From the IMG/VR virus record IMGVR_UViG_2751185836_000001: a stretch of DNA of 64,000 nt, one strand, 5' to 3'. A model generated the notes under the pieces. It saw nothing but the letters and a program-made list of their open reading frames with translations, was not told where the DNA came from and did not search any database. This document shows, one piece after another, positions 28,570 to 36,898 of the stretch. Every line of letters starts with the position of its first letter. Position 1 is the stretch's first letter. Position numbers and translations under genes: made by a program. Source of the stretch: a virus (taxonomy: Duplodnaviria > Heunggongvirae > Uroviricota > Caudoviricetes).

Positions 28570-28725
28570 GTGAGAAAAATCATATATACTGCGGACGACG
28601 AGGAGCCAAAATGCGGTCAGTGTGACAATTTTGCTGATGGCGACGCCATATGCGAGCACTGCGGCCCTGCTTTTGGATGGGCCGGGTACACTCGGGAGGA
28701 ATTTATCGATGAGCGATCTTTGTAA
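28570..28725 (+). CDS. unannotated 51-aa zinc-ribbon protein (GTG start)
   Basis: VRKIIYTADDEEPKCGQCDNFADGDAICEHCGP. RBS AGGATGGAGG 9 nt upstream. Overlaps the next gene start by 17 nt. Confidence 0.25.
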   Translation: MRKIIYTADDEEPKCGQCDNFADGDAICEHCGPAFGWAGYTREEFIDERSL

Positions 28726-29152
28726 CCCACAAAAATATCATATTCACTACACTATCGGAGGACATACATATATGCGGACAGTTTCAAAGAAAAAAGACGG
28801 TAATCTTCCAGGGCAGATTTCATTCACAATGCTGACATCGGAGACTCCTGCCGAGGATAAGCCGAAGGAGAAACCACGGAAAACGGAGTCAGCGCCGGTC
28901 AAGAAGGATACGGTAGCTGAGAAAAAGCGGAACCAGGTTCCGCTCCTGGCCAAAGAGGTCCCTGTGGAGATGTACCAGGCGGCAAAGGAGCTTTTGGAAG
29001 GGTATTACCGGATCACGGCAGGGATCCTGGTCAACCATTTAAGGATCAGCGCTAATAAGGCCCTGGCTATCATGGACCGGCTACAAAAAGACGGTCTGAT
29101 CATGGAGGACGGGAAGCGTGTTAGCCAAAAAGGAAAGAAGTGGGGGAAATAG
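28709..29152 (+). CDS. DNA-binding protein with C-terminal FtsK-gamma-like winged helix
   Basis: ITAGILVNHLRISANKALAIMDRLQKDGLIMED resembles the FtsK gamma wHTH (LQRRLRIGYNRAARIIEQME..GIV). It contains the GCGGAACCAGGTTCCGC palindrome within its coding sequence. Confidence 0.4.
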   Translation: MSDLCNPQKYHIHYTIGGHTYMRTVSKKKDGNLPGQISFTMLTSETPAEDKPKEKPRKTESAPVKKDTVAEKKRNQVPLLAKEVPVEMYQAAKELLEGYYRITAGILVNHLRISANKALAIMDRLQKDGLIMEDGKRVSQKGKKWGK

Positions 29153-29246
29153 AAATGTTAGTCTGAAGTCAAAGAAAATCTTTTATGATTAGACCTTGTG
29201 CGCCTGGAATATTTACAGTGTTAGTCTGTTAGGAGGAATTACATAT

Positions 29247-29648
29247 ATGTCAGAAAATATTATTAAGGTACTAGATGAACTGGGAAAAAGATTTGGCATT
29301 GCAATTGACTGGTCATCTGAAAATGTAACACCTTATCTACAATCCCTTATGTCAAGATTTATAACTAATGAAATTATTACTTCCGCAATATTGATTGTAG
29401 TATCCATTGTTATAATTTTAGGACTTGTGATTGCAATAAAACAAATCAACAAATATGAGACAAAAGTCCTCAAAGAAAACAAATATTATCCAGATTGGCT
29501 TGATTATAAATATTTAATAATAATCATTTTCATCGTGATAATTGTAGTTGTGTTGTTATTTTTAGTTTCCATGGTGTTAAACATCGTCACTTGCTGCACG
29601 GTCCCGGAGAAAATCATTATAGACTACATAAATACATCGATTTCATAA
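29247..29648 (+). CDS. membrane protein, two TM helices (holin-like size)
   Basis: RBS TAGGAGGAATTACATAT. 133 aa with two long hydrophobic stretches. Confidence 0.45.
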   Translation: MSENIIKVLDELGKRFGIAIDWSSENVTPYLQSLMSRFITNEIITSAILIVVSIVIILGLVIAIKQINKYETKVLKENKYYPDWLDYKYLIIIIFIVIIVVVLLFLVSMVLNIVTCCTVPEKIIIDYINTSIS

Positions 29649-29737
29649 ATTAGTAGTATAAAATCAAATACTCAAAGGAGGTGATCTTATTTATGCAGCC
29701 GATGTATTGGGTCCTGCTCTTTGTCTTGCTGACCCTT

Positions 29738-29851
29738 CGCTAGAGCACCGGATCCCCAGCATCTGGACCAGAAGCGCTTTTATTGCCACGGTCGGGTCCG
29801 TCTCCCTGGAAACAGTTAAAGCATACATTGACTCACAGAAGGAACAGTAAA
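29738..29851 (+). pseudogene. tnpA: 3' remnant of IS200-type tnpA (last ~37 codons)
   Basis: Encodes ...PSLEHRIPSIWTRSAFIATVGSVSLETVKAYIDSQKEQ*, identical to the C-terminus of the intact TnpA at 53971..54366. Confidence 0.5.
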
Positions 29852-31327
29852 ATGGCACGTACCCGAACAGACAGCTTTATACTTGAACTGAAATTGAAGA
29901 CTTCCCCGGAGGATGCCGCGTACCTGGCAAAGTGCTTCTTCGCGGGCCACGGTATCTACAATATACTGGTCAGGCACTGCCGCAGGCGGATCGCTTCCCT
30001 CCGGCAGGACCAAGCCTACCGGGAACTGCTGGCTGAATACCGCACCCTGAAAGACGAAAACGAACGCAAGGCCGTATCAGAGCAGTTAAAGGCCATCGTC
30101 GCGTCCTATGGGCTGACGGAATACAGCCTCCATTCCTTTGTGAAAGTACAGCAGAAAAAGCACAAAAAATATATCAACAGCCTGGTGGCACAAAAGATCG
30201 CCTCTTCCGTCTGGAAAGGTGTAGAAAAAGTCCTATACGGGAATGGAAAGCTTTTGCATTTTCGAAAATATACGGAGTTTGTTTCCCTGGAAGGAAAGAA
30301 CAACAGCACAGGGCTCATTTTCCAGGACGGCATTTTAAAAGTAAACGGGCGGCCTGTTTATGTGTCACGTCATAAGAGAGACGGGTCCACTTCCCGCTGG
30401 TATGAAGATGAAGCTTTAAAGCACCGCGTAAAATACTGCCGGCTGGTGCGCAAGCCTGTCGGCTCCTCTTGGCATTATTATGTTCAATTAGTCCTGGAGG
30501 GGACAGCACCCGTCAAACACAGCCTTGGGAGTGGTCGGGCCGGCTTGGATATCGGGACTTCCACGGCGGCGATGGCTACAAGGCAAGAATGTATCCTCAC
30601 GGTGCTGGGGGAAAGTGTTGAGGACATCGAAAAAGAACAGCGCCGCCTGCTCCGGAAAATGGACCGGTCCCGCCGGGCCATGAACCCGTGGAACTATAAC
30701 CCTGACGGCACGGTCAGGAAGGGACGGAAGAAATGGATCAACAGCGCCCATTACCGCAGGATGCGCATGGAATACGCCTCCCTTCGCCGGAAACGGGCGG
30801 CTGCCCTGAAGCAGTGGCAGGAAGCTATGGCAAACCGGATCGTAAGCCAATGCGACACCCTGTATGTGGAGAAAATGAACTTCAAAGCCCTGCAGAGGCG
30901 GGCAAAACCATCATCGGTCAAGGAAAACGGAAAACACACCAGGAGGAAACGGTTTGGGAAGAGCCTGCAGACCCGGGCCCCAGCCCAGTTCTGCCGGACA
31001 CTGAAACGGAAACTGGAAGCCCTGGGCGGCCAATACCTGGAAGTGGATACCAGAGCCTTCCGGGCCAGCCAGTATGACCATGTAACTGATACCTATACAA
31101 AGAAAAAACTCTCCAGACGCCACAATATCATAGATGGACGGTGGGTCCAGAGAGACCTGTATTCCGCTTTCCTTTTGAGCAACAGCGCTGAAGACCTGGC
31201 CCACGCGGACCGGGATCGCTGTAATGAAACATTCAACCTTTTCCTTAAGAACCACGACGCCTGCGTTGCCAAGATCCGTAACACGAAAACAAAGATACCA
31301 CGCAGCTTTGGGTTCCAGGCTGCATGA
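29852..31327 (+). CDS. tnpB: TnpB-like RNA-guided endonuclease of IS element B
   Basis: About 93% identical to the 17148..18623 and 54368..55843 proteins. ATG immediately after the tnpA remnant stop. Confidence 0.75.
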   Translation: MARTRTDSFILELKLKTSPEDAAYLAKCFFAGHGIYNILVRHCRRRIASLRQDQAYRELLAEYRTLKDENERKAVSEQLKAIVASYGLTEYSLHSFVKVQQKKHKKYINSLVAQKIASSVWKGVEKVLYGNGKLLHFRKYTEFVSLEGKNNSTGLIFQDGILKVNGRPVYVSRHKRDGSTSRWYEDEALKHRVKYCRLVRKPVGSSWHYYVQLVLEGTAPVKHSLGSGRAGLDIGTSTAAMATRQECILTVLGESVEDIEKEQRRLLRKMDRSRRAMNPWNYNPDGTVRKGRKKWINSAHYRRMRMEYASLRRKRAAALKQWQEAMANRIVSQCDTLYVEKMNFKALQRRAKPSSVKENGKHTRRKRFGKSLQTRAPAQFCRTLKRKLEALGGQYLEVDTRAFRASQYDHVTDTYTKKKLSRRHNIIDGRWVQRDLYSAFLLSNSAEDLAHADRDRCNETFNLFLKNHDACVAKIRNTKTKIPRSFGFQAA

Positions 31328-31554
31328 TAAAACGGGACCCCGGGCCCGACTGAGTCCGATGCCGCGAATGGTGCCAACAGGTGCCTTGGCATGAAATTCC
31401 ATGATAGAACGGATAACTATAACAAACGGAGTGTCTTTTCAAACAGAAAATGACAGCTTCCAGAGGAAGCCGCCATTTTCCGAGAGGACATTGCCTAAGT
31501 GATGTTATCTTGTTCCCGGAACCTCCCGCTGGTAACAGCGTGGAGAGCAGTCAG
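31328..31554 (+). ncRNA. predicted omega-RNA scaffold region of IS element B
   Basis: Same conserved 227-bp RE as 18624..18850. Confidence 0.35.
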
Positions 31555-32468
31555 TGTTAATATTCGTGATCATGGTGCTCATCTCCTGTGTACAGGTAGT
31601 GCAGCAGTCCAGGGCGATCGTCATTGAACGGCTGGGGGCCTACCAGGCTACCTGGGGCGTGGGCATCCACTTCAAGATCCCGTTCATCGAGCGGGTGGCT
31701 AGGCGGGTGGACTTAAAGGAGCAGGTAGTGGATTTCGCGCCGCAGCCCGTGATCACTAAGGATAATGTTACCATGCGGATCGACACGGTTGTGTTCTACC
31801 AAATCACAGACCCAAAGTTGTTCTGCTATGGCGTGGCCAACCCAATCATGGCCATCGAGAACCTGACAGCTACCACGCTGCGGAATATCATCGGTGACCT
31901 GGAGCTTGACCAGACGCTGACCTCCAGGGAGACCATCAACACAAAGATGCGGGCTACCCTGGACGTGGCCACGGATCCCTGGGGTATCAAGGTGAAGCGG
32001 GTGGAGCTTAAGAACATCATCCCGCCGGCAGCCATCCAGGACGCCATGGAGAAGCAGATGAAGGCAGAGCGTGAGCGCCGGGAGGCTATCCTCCGGGCAG
32101 AGGGTGAGAAGAAGTCCTCCATCCTCGTGGCGGAAGGTAAGAAGGAGTCCGTTATCCTGGACGCAGAAGCTGCGAAACAGGCTGCCATCCTCAAAGCGGA
32201 GGCTGAGAAAGAGGCTACTATCCGTGAGGCGGAAGGCCAGGCCGAGGCCATTCTCAAGGTACAGCAGGCCAACGCTGACGGTATCCGGTTCCTGAAGGAG
32301 GCCGGCGCTGACCAGTCTGTCCTCACCATCAAGAGCCTGGAGGCCTTTGAGAAGGCGGCGGACGGGAAGGCTACCAAGATCATCATCCCTTCTGAGATAC
32401 AGGGGATTGCCGGTCTGGTGAAATCCCTGACCGAAGTCGCGGAGACAGATGGAGCGGGAAAGGCATAA
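31554..32468 (+). CDS. SPFH/band-7 (stomatin/prohibitin-like) membrane protein
   Basis: N-terminal TM, then RAIVIERLGAYQATWGVGIHFKIPFIERV...VELKNIIPPAAIQDAMEKQMKAERERR, a canonical SPFH. GTG start directly abuts the IS-B RE terminus. Confidence 0.7.
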   Translation: MLIFVIMVLISCVQVVQQSRAIVIERLGAYQATWGVGIHFKIPFIERVARRVDLKEQVVDFAPQPVITKDNVTMRIDTVVFYQITDPKLFCYGVANPIMAIENLTATTLRNIIGDLELDQTLTSRETINTKMRATLDVATDPWGIKVKRVELKNIIPPAAIQDAMEKQMKAERERREAILRAEGEKKSSILVAEGKKESVILDAEAAKQAAILKAEAEKEATIREAEGQAEAILKVQQANADGIRFLKEAGADQSVLTIKSLEAFEKAADGKATKIIIPSEIQGIAGLVKSLTEVAETDGAGKA

Positions 32469-32574
32469 GAAAAAAGAGTGTACAGGCCCCTTGGCATAAT
32501 GCCAGGGGGCTATTTATCTCCAACGAGTTATGGTACAATTAATATAATTTTCAAACGAATTGGAGGGGGATATT

Positions 32575-33087
32575 ATGGATTACTCATACTTAAAAAAGGA
32601 AGTTGAAAATCAGCAAGAAAAGGCAAAGAGGGAATTTTATGAGGCCTATGAACGTGAAAAAGAAAAAATAGCGGACTATATTTGCGTAGCTGTTGTAAAA
32701 CAAGTCGAAGGCGATGTCACAGAATATTATAAATTTCCTCAAGGTACTTTCTCTTATTTAAAAAGGCCCAACATTTTTAGAAGCTACTGGCTTTACTCTA
32801 ACACGTTAAAGGCAATAGCAATCAGAGGTAGAGATGACAATGATATAAAAGATATAAATAGGTATGGGACTATTAATTCTAAGTTCAATACAGTAATATT
32901 TAGAGATCATGATTATTATGATTTTATTACTGAAACGGCACATGTTCCGGTTTCTAAATTATCCGAATTTTGTGGAATGCTTAATAATAAGCTAAAAGAG
33001 AAGGACATACGTATCGAGCTAATAACCAACAAAGAAGGAAAACGGACAGGGGACGTCAAAATAATAGCAAATCTGGGAAAATTATAA
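32575..33087 (+). CDS. hypothetical protein
   Basis: Start at the ATG 4 nt after GGAGGGGGA. 170 aa. Confidence 0.45.
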   Translation: MDYSYLKKEVENQQEKAKREFYEAYEREKEKIADYICVAVVKQVEGDVTEYYKFPQGTFSYLKRPNIFRSYWLYSNTLKAIAIRGRDDNDIKDINRYGTINSKFNTVIFRDHDYYDFITETAHVPVSKLSEFCGMLNNKLKEKDIRIELITNKEGKRTGDVKIIANLGKL

Positions 33088-33222
33088 TTAATATCGTTTA
33101 AGAGACTCAACTTGAGTCTCTTTTTTATTCCTTTGTCTGAGAAAAATCGCTTATTGTAATACATGGTATTATTATATGTAGCAAAGATCGTAAAACACGA
33201 AAAACAGGAAGGGGGATTTCCG

Positions 33223-35391
33223 GTGGAAACCTTAAAAGGAACTGTAAAAAGGATCATATACAAAAACGAAGACACGGGCTTCCATATCATTTCGCTTCAG
33301 AACAATGACTTTGATGGCTGGGACAGCAGGGTGGTGGTCAAGGGAACCTTCTTCCCCATCGCGGAGGATGACGAGCTGACGATCTACGGAGAATATGCCG
33401 ATGATCCGAAATACGGACGGCAGTTCAACTGTGAAACCTATGAGGTCAACCTCCCCACAGACGCGAAGTCCATAGAAAAGTATCTGGCCGCCGGCATGAT
33501 CAAGGGGATCGGGCCGGCCAGGGCAAAGAAGATCGTAAAGCAGTTCAAGGATGATACCATGCGGGTCATCGAAGAGGAGCCGGAGCTGCTCACCCTCATT
33601 CCCGGCATCACGGACAAGACCGTGGCCCGCATCCGGGAGTCCATGACCGAGCGCCTGGGCCAGCAGCGGGTGATGATCCAGCTCTGCGGTCTTGGCGTGA
33701 CCCTTGGATTGGCCCAGAAGTTGTGGAAGAACTACAAAGAGAAGACCCTCCATATCATCCAAAGCGACCCGTATAAGTTAATCGATGACGTATGGGGCGT
33801 TGGCTTCTCAAAAACGGACGATATCGCCTTGAAACAGGGAATGAGCCGGACCGCCCCCAAGCGGATCCAGGCGGGTATCGTGTACACCCTGAAGACCAAC
33901 CGGAGCAGCGGAAGCCTTTACATGATGCTCCCGGACGTGAACCGGAAGTCAGCGGAGGTACTGCAGATAGATGAGACGAAGGTAGCCCAGGAAGTCCAGA
34001 ACATGGACGGCCACAGGCTCACCATCATGGGCAGGGACAATGACTATGTCTATCTTGACAAGGATTACCGTATAGAGAAGGAAACAGAAGAGGATATCAT
34101 CCGTATCAGCAAGGCGAAGATTGCTCCTAAGAAGCTGGACAAAACCTTATCCAAACTGGACAACACATTGGACGAGGTGCAGATGGGAGCGGTACGGACG
34201 GCTGCCGGCAGTGCCCTCATGGTCCTGACCGGAGGCCCTGGTACAGGAAAGACAACCACGGTCAATACGATCATCCGGTATTTTGAGCTTTCCGGTAAAT
34301 CAGTCGCATTGGCGGCCCCCACCGGGCGAGCGGCCAAAAGGATGATGGAGGCGACAGGTCGGGAGGCCAGGACACTGCACCGGCTCCTGGAGCTTGGACG
34401 GAGTGAGGACGGGGATATGGGCTACGGGAAAAACGACAGTGACCCGATCGACGCGGATGTGGTGATCGTGGACGAGACATCCATGATGGACATCTATATC
34501 GCCCATGCCCTGTTCGACGCGATCGAGACCGGAACACAGGTCATCCTGGTGGGTGATAAGAACCAGCTCCCCTCCGTGGGCCCAGGTAACGTGCTGGATG
34601 ATATCATCATGTCCGGTATTTGCCCGGTGGTGGAGCTCAAAAAGATCTACCGGCAGGCGGAAGGCAGTTTCATTATCGAAAACGCCCATCGTATCCTGTC
34701 CGGCCACGCCCTGAACCTGACAAACAAGACCTCTGATTTCTTTTTCAAGGAGTGCGATGATCCGCAAAAGCTGCAGGAGCTCCTGGTACACTATGTTGCT
34801 GACTCCCTGCCCGGCTTTACCGGCGAGTCCGAGATCCAGGTGCTTTCCCCTGTACGGAAGAGGCAGCTTGGCGTTGACAACCTCAACAAAGTGCTCCAGG
34901 ACCGGCTGAACCCAAGAAGAGACGGGGAGCCTGTTGCCAAGAATGGCTTCCGCATTGGTGACCGGGTGATCCAGACAGTCAATGACTACAACCGGGAGAA
35001 GGTGTTCACCAGGGATCTCCGGAAGAAAGAACTTGGCGTGTTCAACGGTGATCTGGGGACAGTGACCGCTATCGACCAGGAGGATGAAAAGGTCACGATC
35101 GAATTCGAGGACGGCTGGGCGGCTACCTATGAGTATTCCGAACTGGAGGCCCTGAGCCTTTCCTATGCACTGACGATCCATAAATCTCAGGGAAGTGAGT
35201 TCCCTGTGGTGGTCATCCCGGTGTATGACTATATCCCCATGCTCACCAGCATGAACCTGCTCTATACCGGCGTGACCCGCGCGAAAAAGGCCATCCTGCT
35301 GATTGGAAGCAAAAAGGTCCTTTACAACATGATCCGTAACGTAAAACCGACAAAAAGATACAGCGGGCTACTAAAGCACGTTGGGCAATAG
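33223..35391 (+). CDS. RecD2-like ATP-dependent SF1 DNA helicase
   Basis: GTG start 6 nt after GGAAGGGGG. N-terminus ETLKGTVKRIIYKNEDTGFHII is RecD2-type. HhH region present. Walker A LTGGPGTGKTTTV and Walker B VIVDETSMMD. C-terminal YALTIHKSQGSEFPVVV. Confidence 0.75.
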   Translation: METLKGTVKRIIYKNEDTGFHIISLQNNDFDGWDSRVVVKGTFFPIAEDDELTIYGEYADDPKYGRQFNCETYEVNLPTDAKSIEKYLAAGMIKGIGPARAKKIVKQFKDDTMRVIEEEPELLTLIPGITDKTVARIRESMTERLGQQRVMIQLCGLGVTLGLAQKLWKNYKEKTLHIIQSDPYKLIDDVWGVGFSKTDDIALKQGMSRTAPKRIQAGIVYTLKTNRSSGSLYMMLPDVNRKSAEVLQIDETKVAQEVQNMDGHRLTIMGRDNDYVYLDKDYRIEKETEEDIIRISKAKIAPKKLDKTLSKLDNTLDEVQMGAVRTAAGSALMVLTGGPGTGKTTTVNTIIRYFELSGKSVALAAPTGRAAKRMMEATGREARTLHRLLELGRSEDGDMGYGKNDSDPIDADVVIVDETSMMDIYIAHALFDAIETGTQVILVGDKNQLPSVGPGNVLDDIIMSGICPVVELKKIYRQAEGSFIIENAHRILSGHALNLTNKTSDFFFKECDDPQKLQELLVHYVADSLPGFTGESEIQVLSPVRKRQLGVDNLNKVLQDRLNPRRDGEPVAKNGFRIGDRVIQTVNDYNREKVFTRDLRKKELGVFNGDLGTVTAIDQEDEKVTIEFEDGWAATYEYSELEALSLSYALTIHKSQGSEFPVVVIPVYDYIPMLTSMNLLYTGVTRAKKAILLIGSKKVLYNMIRNVKPTKRYSGLLKHVGQ

Positions 35392-35544
35392 GCGGGGAAG
35401 GAGATATTATAAAGATGAGTAACGATACTTGGGTCTTGATTGAACATAACCTAAGCACGTAATCCCCTTCCTCGACAGGGGGGGAGTGCTTCGCTACCTG
35501 CCAAAGCTATCATGGCAATGTTGTCCATTGTCTACCAGTTTACT

Positions 35545-35595
35545 GTTGTTATCTTGTTTCAGGAACCTCCCGCTGGCAGCGTGGAGAGCAGTCAG
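35545..35595 (+). mobile_element. solo fragment of IS-B right end
   Basis: GTTGTTATCTTGTTTCAGGAACCTCCCGCTGGCAGCGTGGAGAGCAGTCAG matches the terminal about 50 bp of the B RE (one indel in the hairpin). Confidence 0.4.
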
Positions 35596-35756
35596 GCTGC
35601 TTCGGATTTTGCATATGGAAGAAATGGTATTTTCTGTTCTGCTGGCATATTATTTGTTTTGCCCGGGATGGGCTTGCATAAAATAAGCGGAAGGAACTAA
35701 TTTCCTTCCGTTTTTCCATGTTCCTTCGAAAGAAAAAGAAGAGGAGGAACACAAAA

Positions 35757-36374
35757 ATGGCAGAAAAAATGACAAGCCTCGATACGGCCAAACGCCTGAT
35801 CGAGGAGTACAGTATCAGGGAATTTGGGGAGATGGAGATCGACTTCTCTGACCTGTCAAAGATCCCTGTTGCAGCCACGACCTTCGATGAGGGCCAGCCT
35901 GGCGAGTATGAAGTCTCGGTTTTTCTGGACCTGGTGAACTACCAGCTCTTACAGTATATCAATGGTGAGTTGTATCACAAAGAAGAATATAACTCTCTGG
36001 AGGAGATGGTTGAACTGGTACTTAAAAGGCTGGAATTTGACCACCTTGTCTCCGTGGACAGGCCGGATGACGAAGAGGAAGAGGCAGTAAACATGGCTAT
36101 GGCCATCCGGCTGATCGAGGAGTACAGTATCAGAGAATTCGGGGATAAGGACATCGACTTTTCCGACATGGCGAAAATCCCTGTCGCCTCCACGATCATT
36201 GGCGAGGGGGATGACGATGAACGGGAAGTCCAGGTTTACCTGGATCTGGAAAACTATCGGCTCCTTCAGTATGTCGATGACGAGTTATATTATAAAGAAG
36301 AATACGACTCGTTAGGAAAAATGGTCGAATTGGCTATCAGGCCTTTGGACTTCGATCTCATTGTCTCAGTCTGA
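35757..36374 (+). CDS. hypothetical acidic protein with internal tandem duplication
   Basis: RBS AAGAGGAGGAACAC. Two about 100-aa repeats (RLIEEYSIREFGE..IDFSD..KIPVA..LQY..ELY.KEEY.SL..MVEL), related to the 43176/46621/47644 family. Confidence 0.5.
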   Translation: MAEKMTSLDTAKRLIEEYSIREFGEMEIDFSDLSKIPVAATTFDEGQPGEYEVSVFLDLVNYQLLQYINGELYHKEEYNSLEEMVELVLKRLEFDHLVSVDRPDDEEEEAVNMAMAIRLIEEYSIREFGDKDIDFSDMAKIPVASTIIGEGDDDEREVQVYLDLENYRLLQYVDDELYYKEEYDSLGKMVELAIRPLDFDLIVSV

Positions 36375-36699
36375 ACTTATTCTGCCAAGAAGGCTCCGAT
36401 AAGGGGCCTTTTTCTTTGGTGCAAATGTGTATTTATAGAAAATCGTGCGTTTCTTTCATATTCCTGCGAAATATTTTAAAGAGGAGGAAAAACTTCGTTA
36501 AAATGTATTAATGCGAGAACGTACAAGGAAACCTCAATCTTTACGGCACAAAACTACAGAAGTGTCAAACAATCGAGCCTTGATCTTAACAATCTTGAAT
36601 TTTTAGAATTTTATAGAGCTTATTGTAAAATTATTGAAAAATACAACGGAATAGTATATAATTATAATAACAAAAACAATTATGTGAATATAGCTGATT

Positions 36700-36834
36700 A
36701 TGAAAAAACTGTCTAAAAAAGAAGCCAAAAAAGTAATGGGTGGAAAGAAGTATCACTGTGATTATTGCAGTTTTTCCACAGACAGTCATGATGTAATGGT
36801 TATGCATTATAAGGGACTGCATAATATTACATGA
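36700..36834 (+). CDS. candidate bacteriocin precursor with double-glycine leader (44 aa; not in ORF track)
   Basis: MKKLSKKEAKKVMGG then KKYHCDYCSFSTDSHDVMVMHYKGLHNIT. Leader L-12, S-11, E-8, V-4, G-2G-1 fits the LSxxELxxIxGG consensus. Followed by a perfect-stem terminator and then ABC transporter genes, including a C39 peptidase exporter. The RBS is weak. Confidence 0.5.
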   Translation: MKKLSKKEAKKVMGGKKYHCDYCSFSTDSHDVMVMHYKGLHNIT

Positions 36835-36851
36835 CAGTAACTGGAGAACTG

Positions 36852-36883
36852 AAGAACCATGGCTAAAGGCCATGGTTCTTTTA
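36852..36883 (+). terminator. rho-independent terminator/attenuator after peptide gene
   Basis: GAACCATGGC-TAAAG-GCCATGGTTC (10-bp perfect stem) followed by TTTT. Confidence 0.5.
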
Positions 36884-36898
36884 CATAGGGGGGAAAAT

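Larger units (their letters stand above)
29738..31554 (+). mobile_element. IS element B copy lacking LE and most of tnpA (3' tnpA remnant + tnpB + RE)
   Basis: Starts within the tnpA 3' end (CCTTCGCTAGAGCACCGGATCCCCAGC..., identical to 54255..54366). It ends at ...GAGAGCAGTCAG (31554). Confidence 0.65.

Noticed and set aside
33163-35391. RecD2-like helicase as a conjugative relaxase (TraA-like), implying a leading region
   Set aside because: No relaxase (MobA/TrwC) N-terminal domain is present. The N-terminus is the RecD2-type OB/HhH region, so a conjugative role is unsupported.
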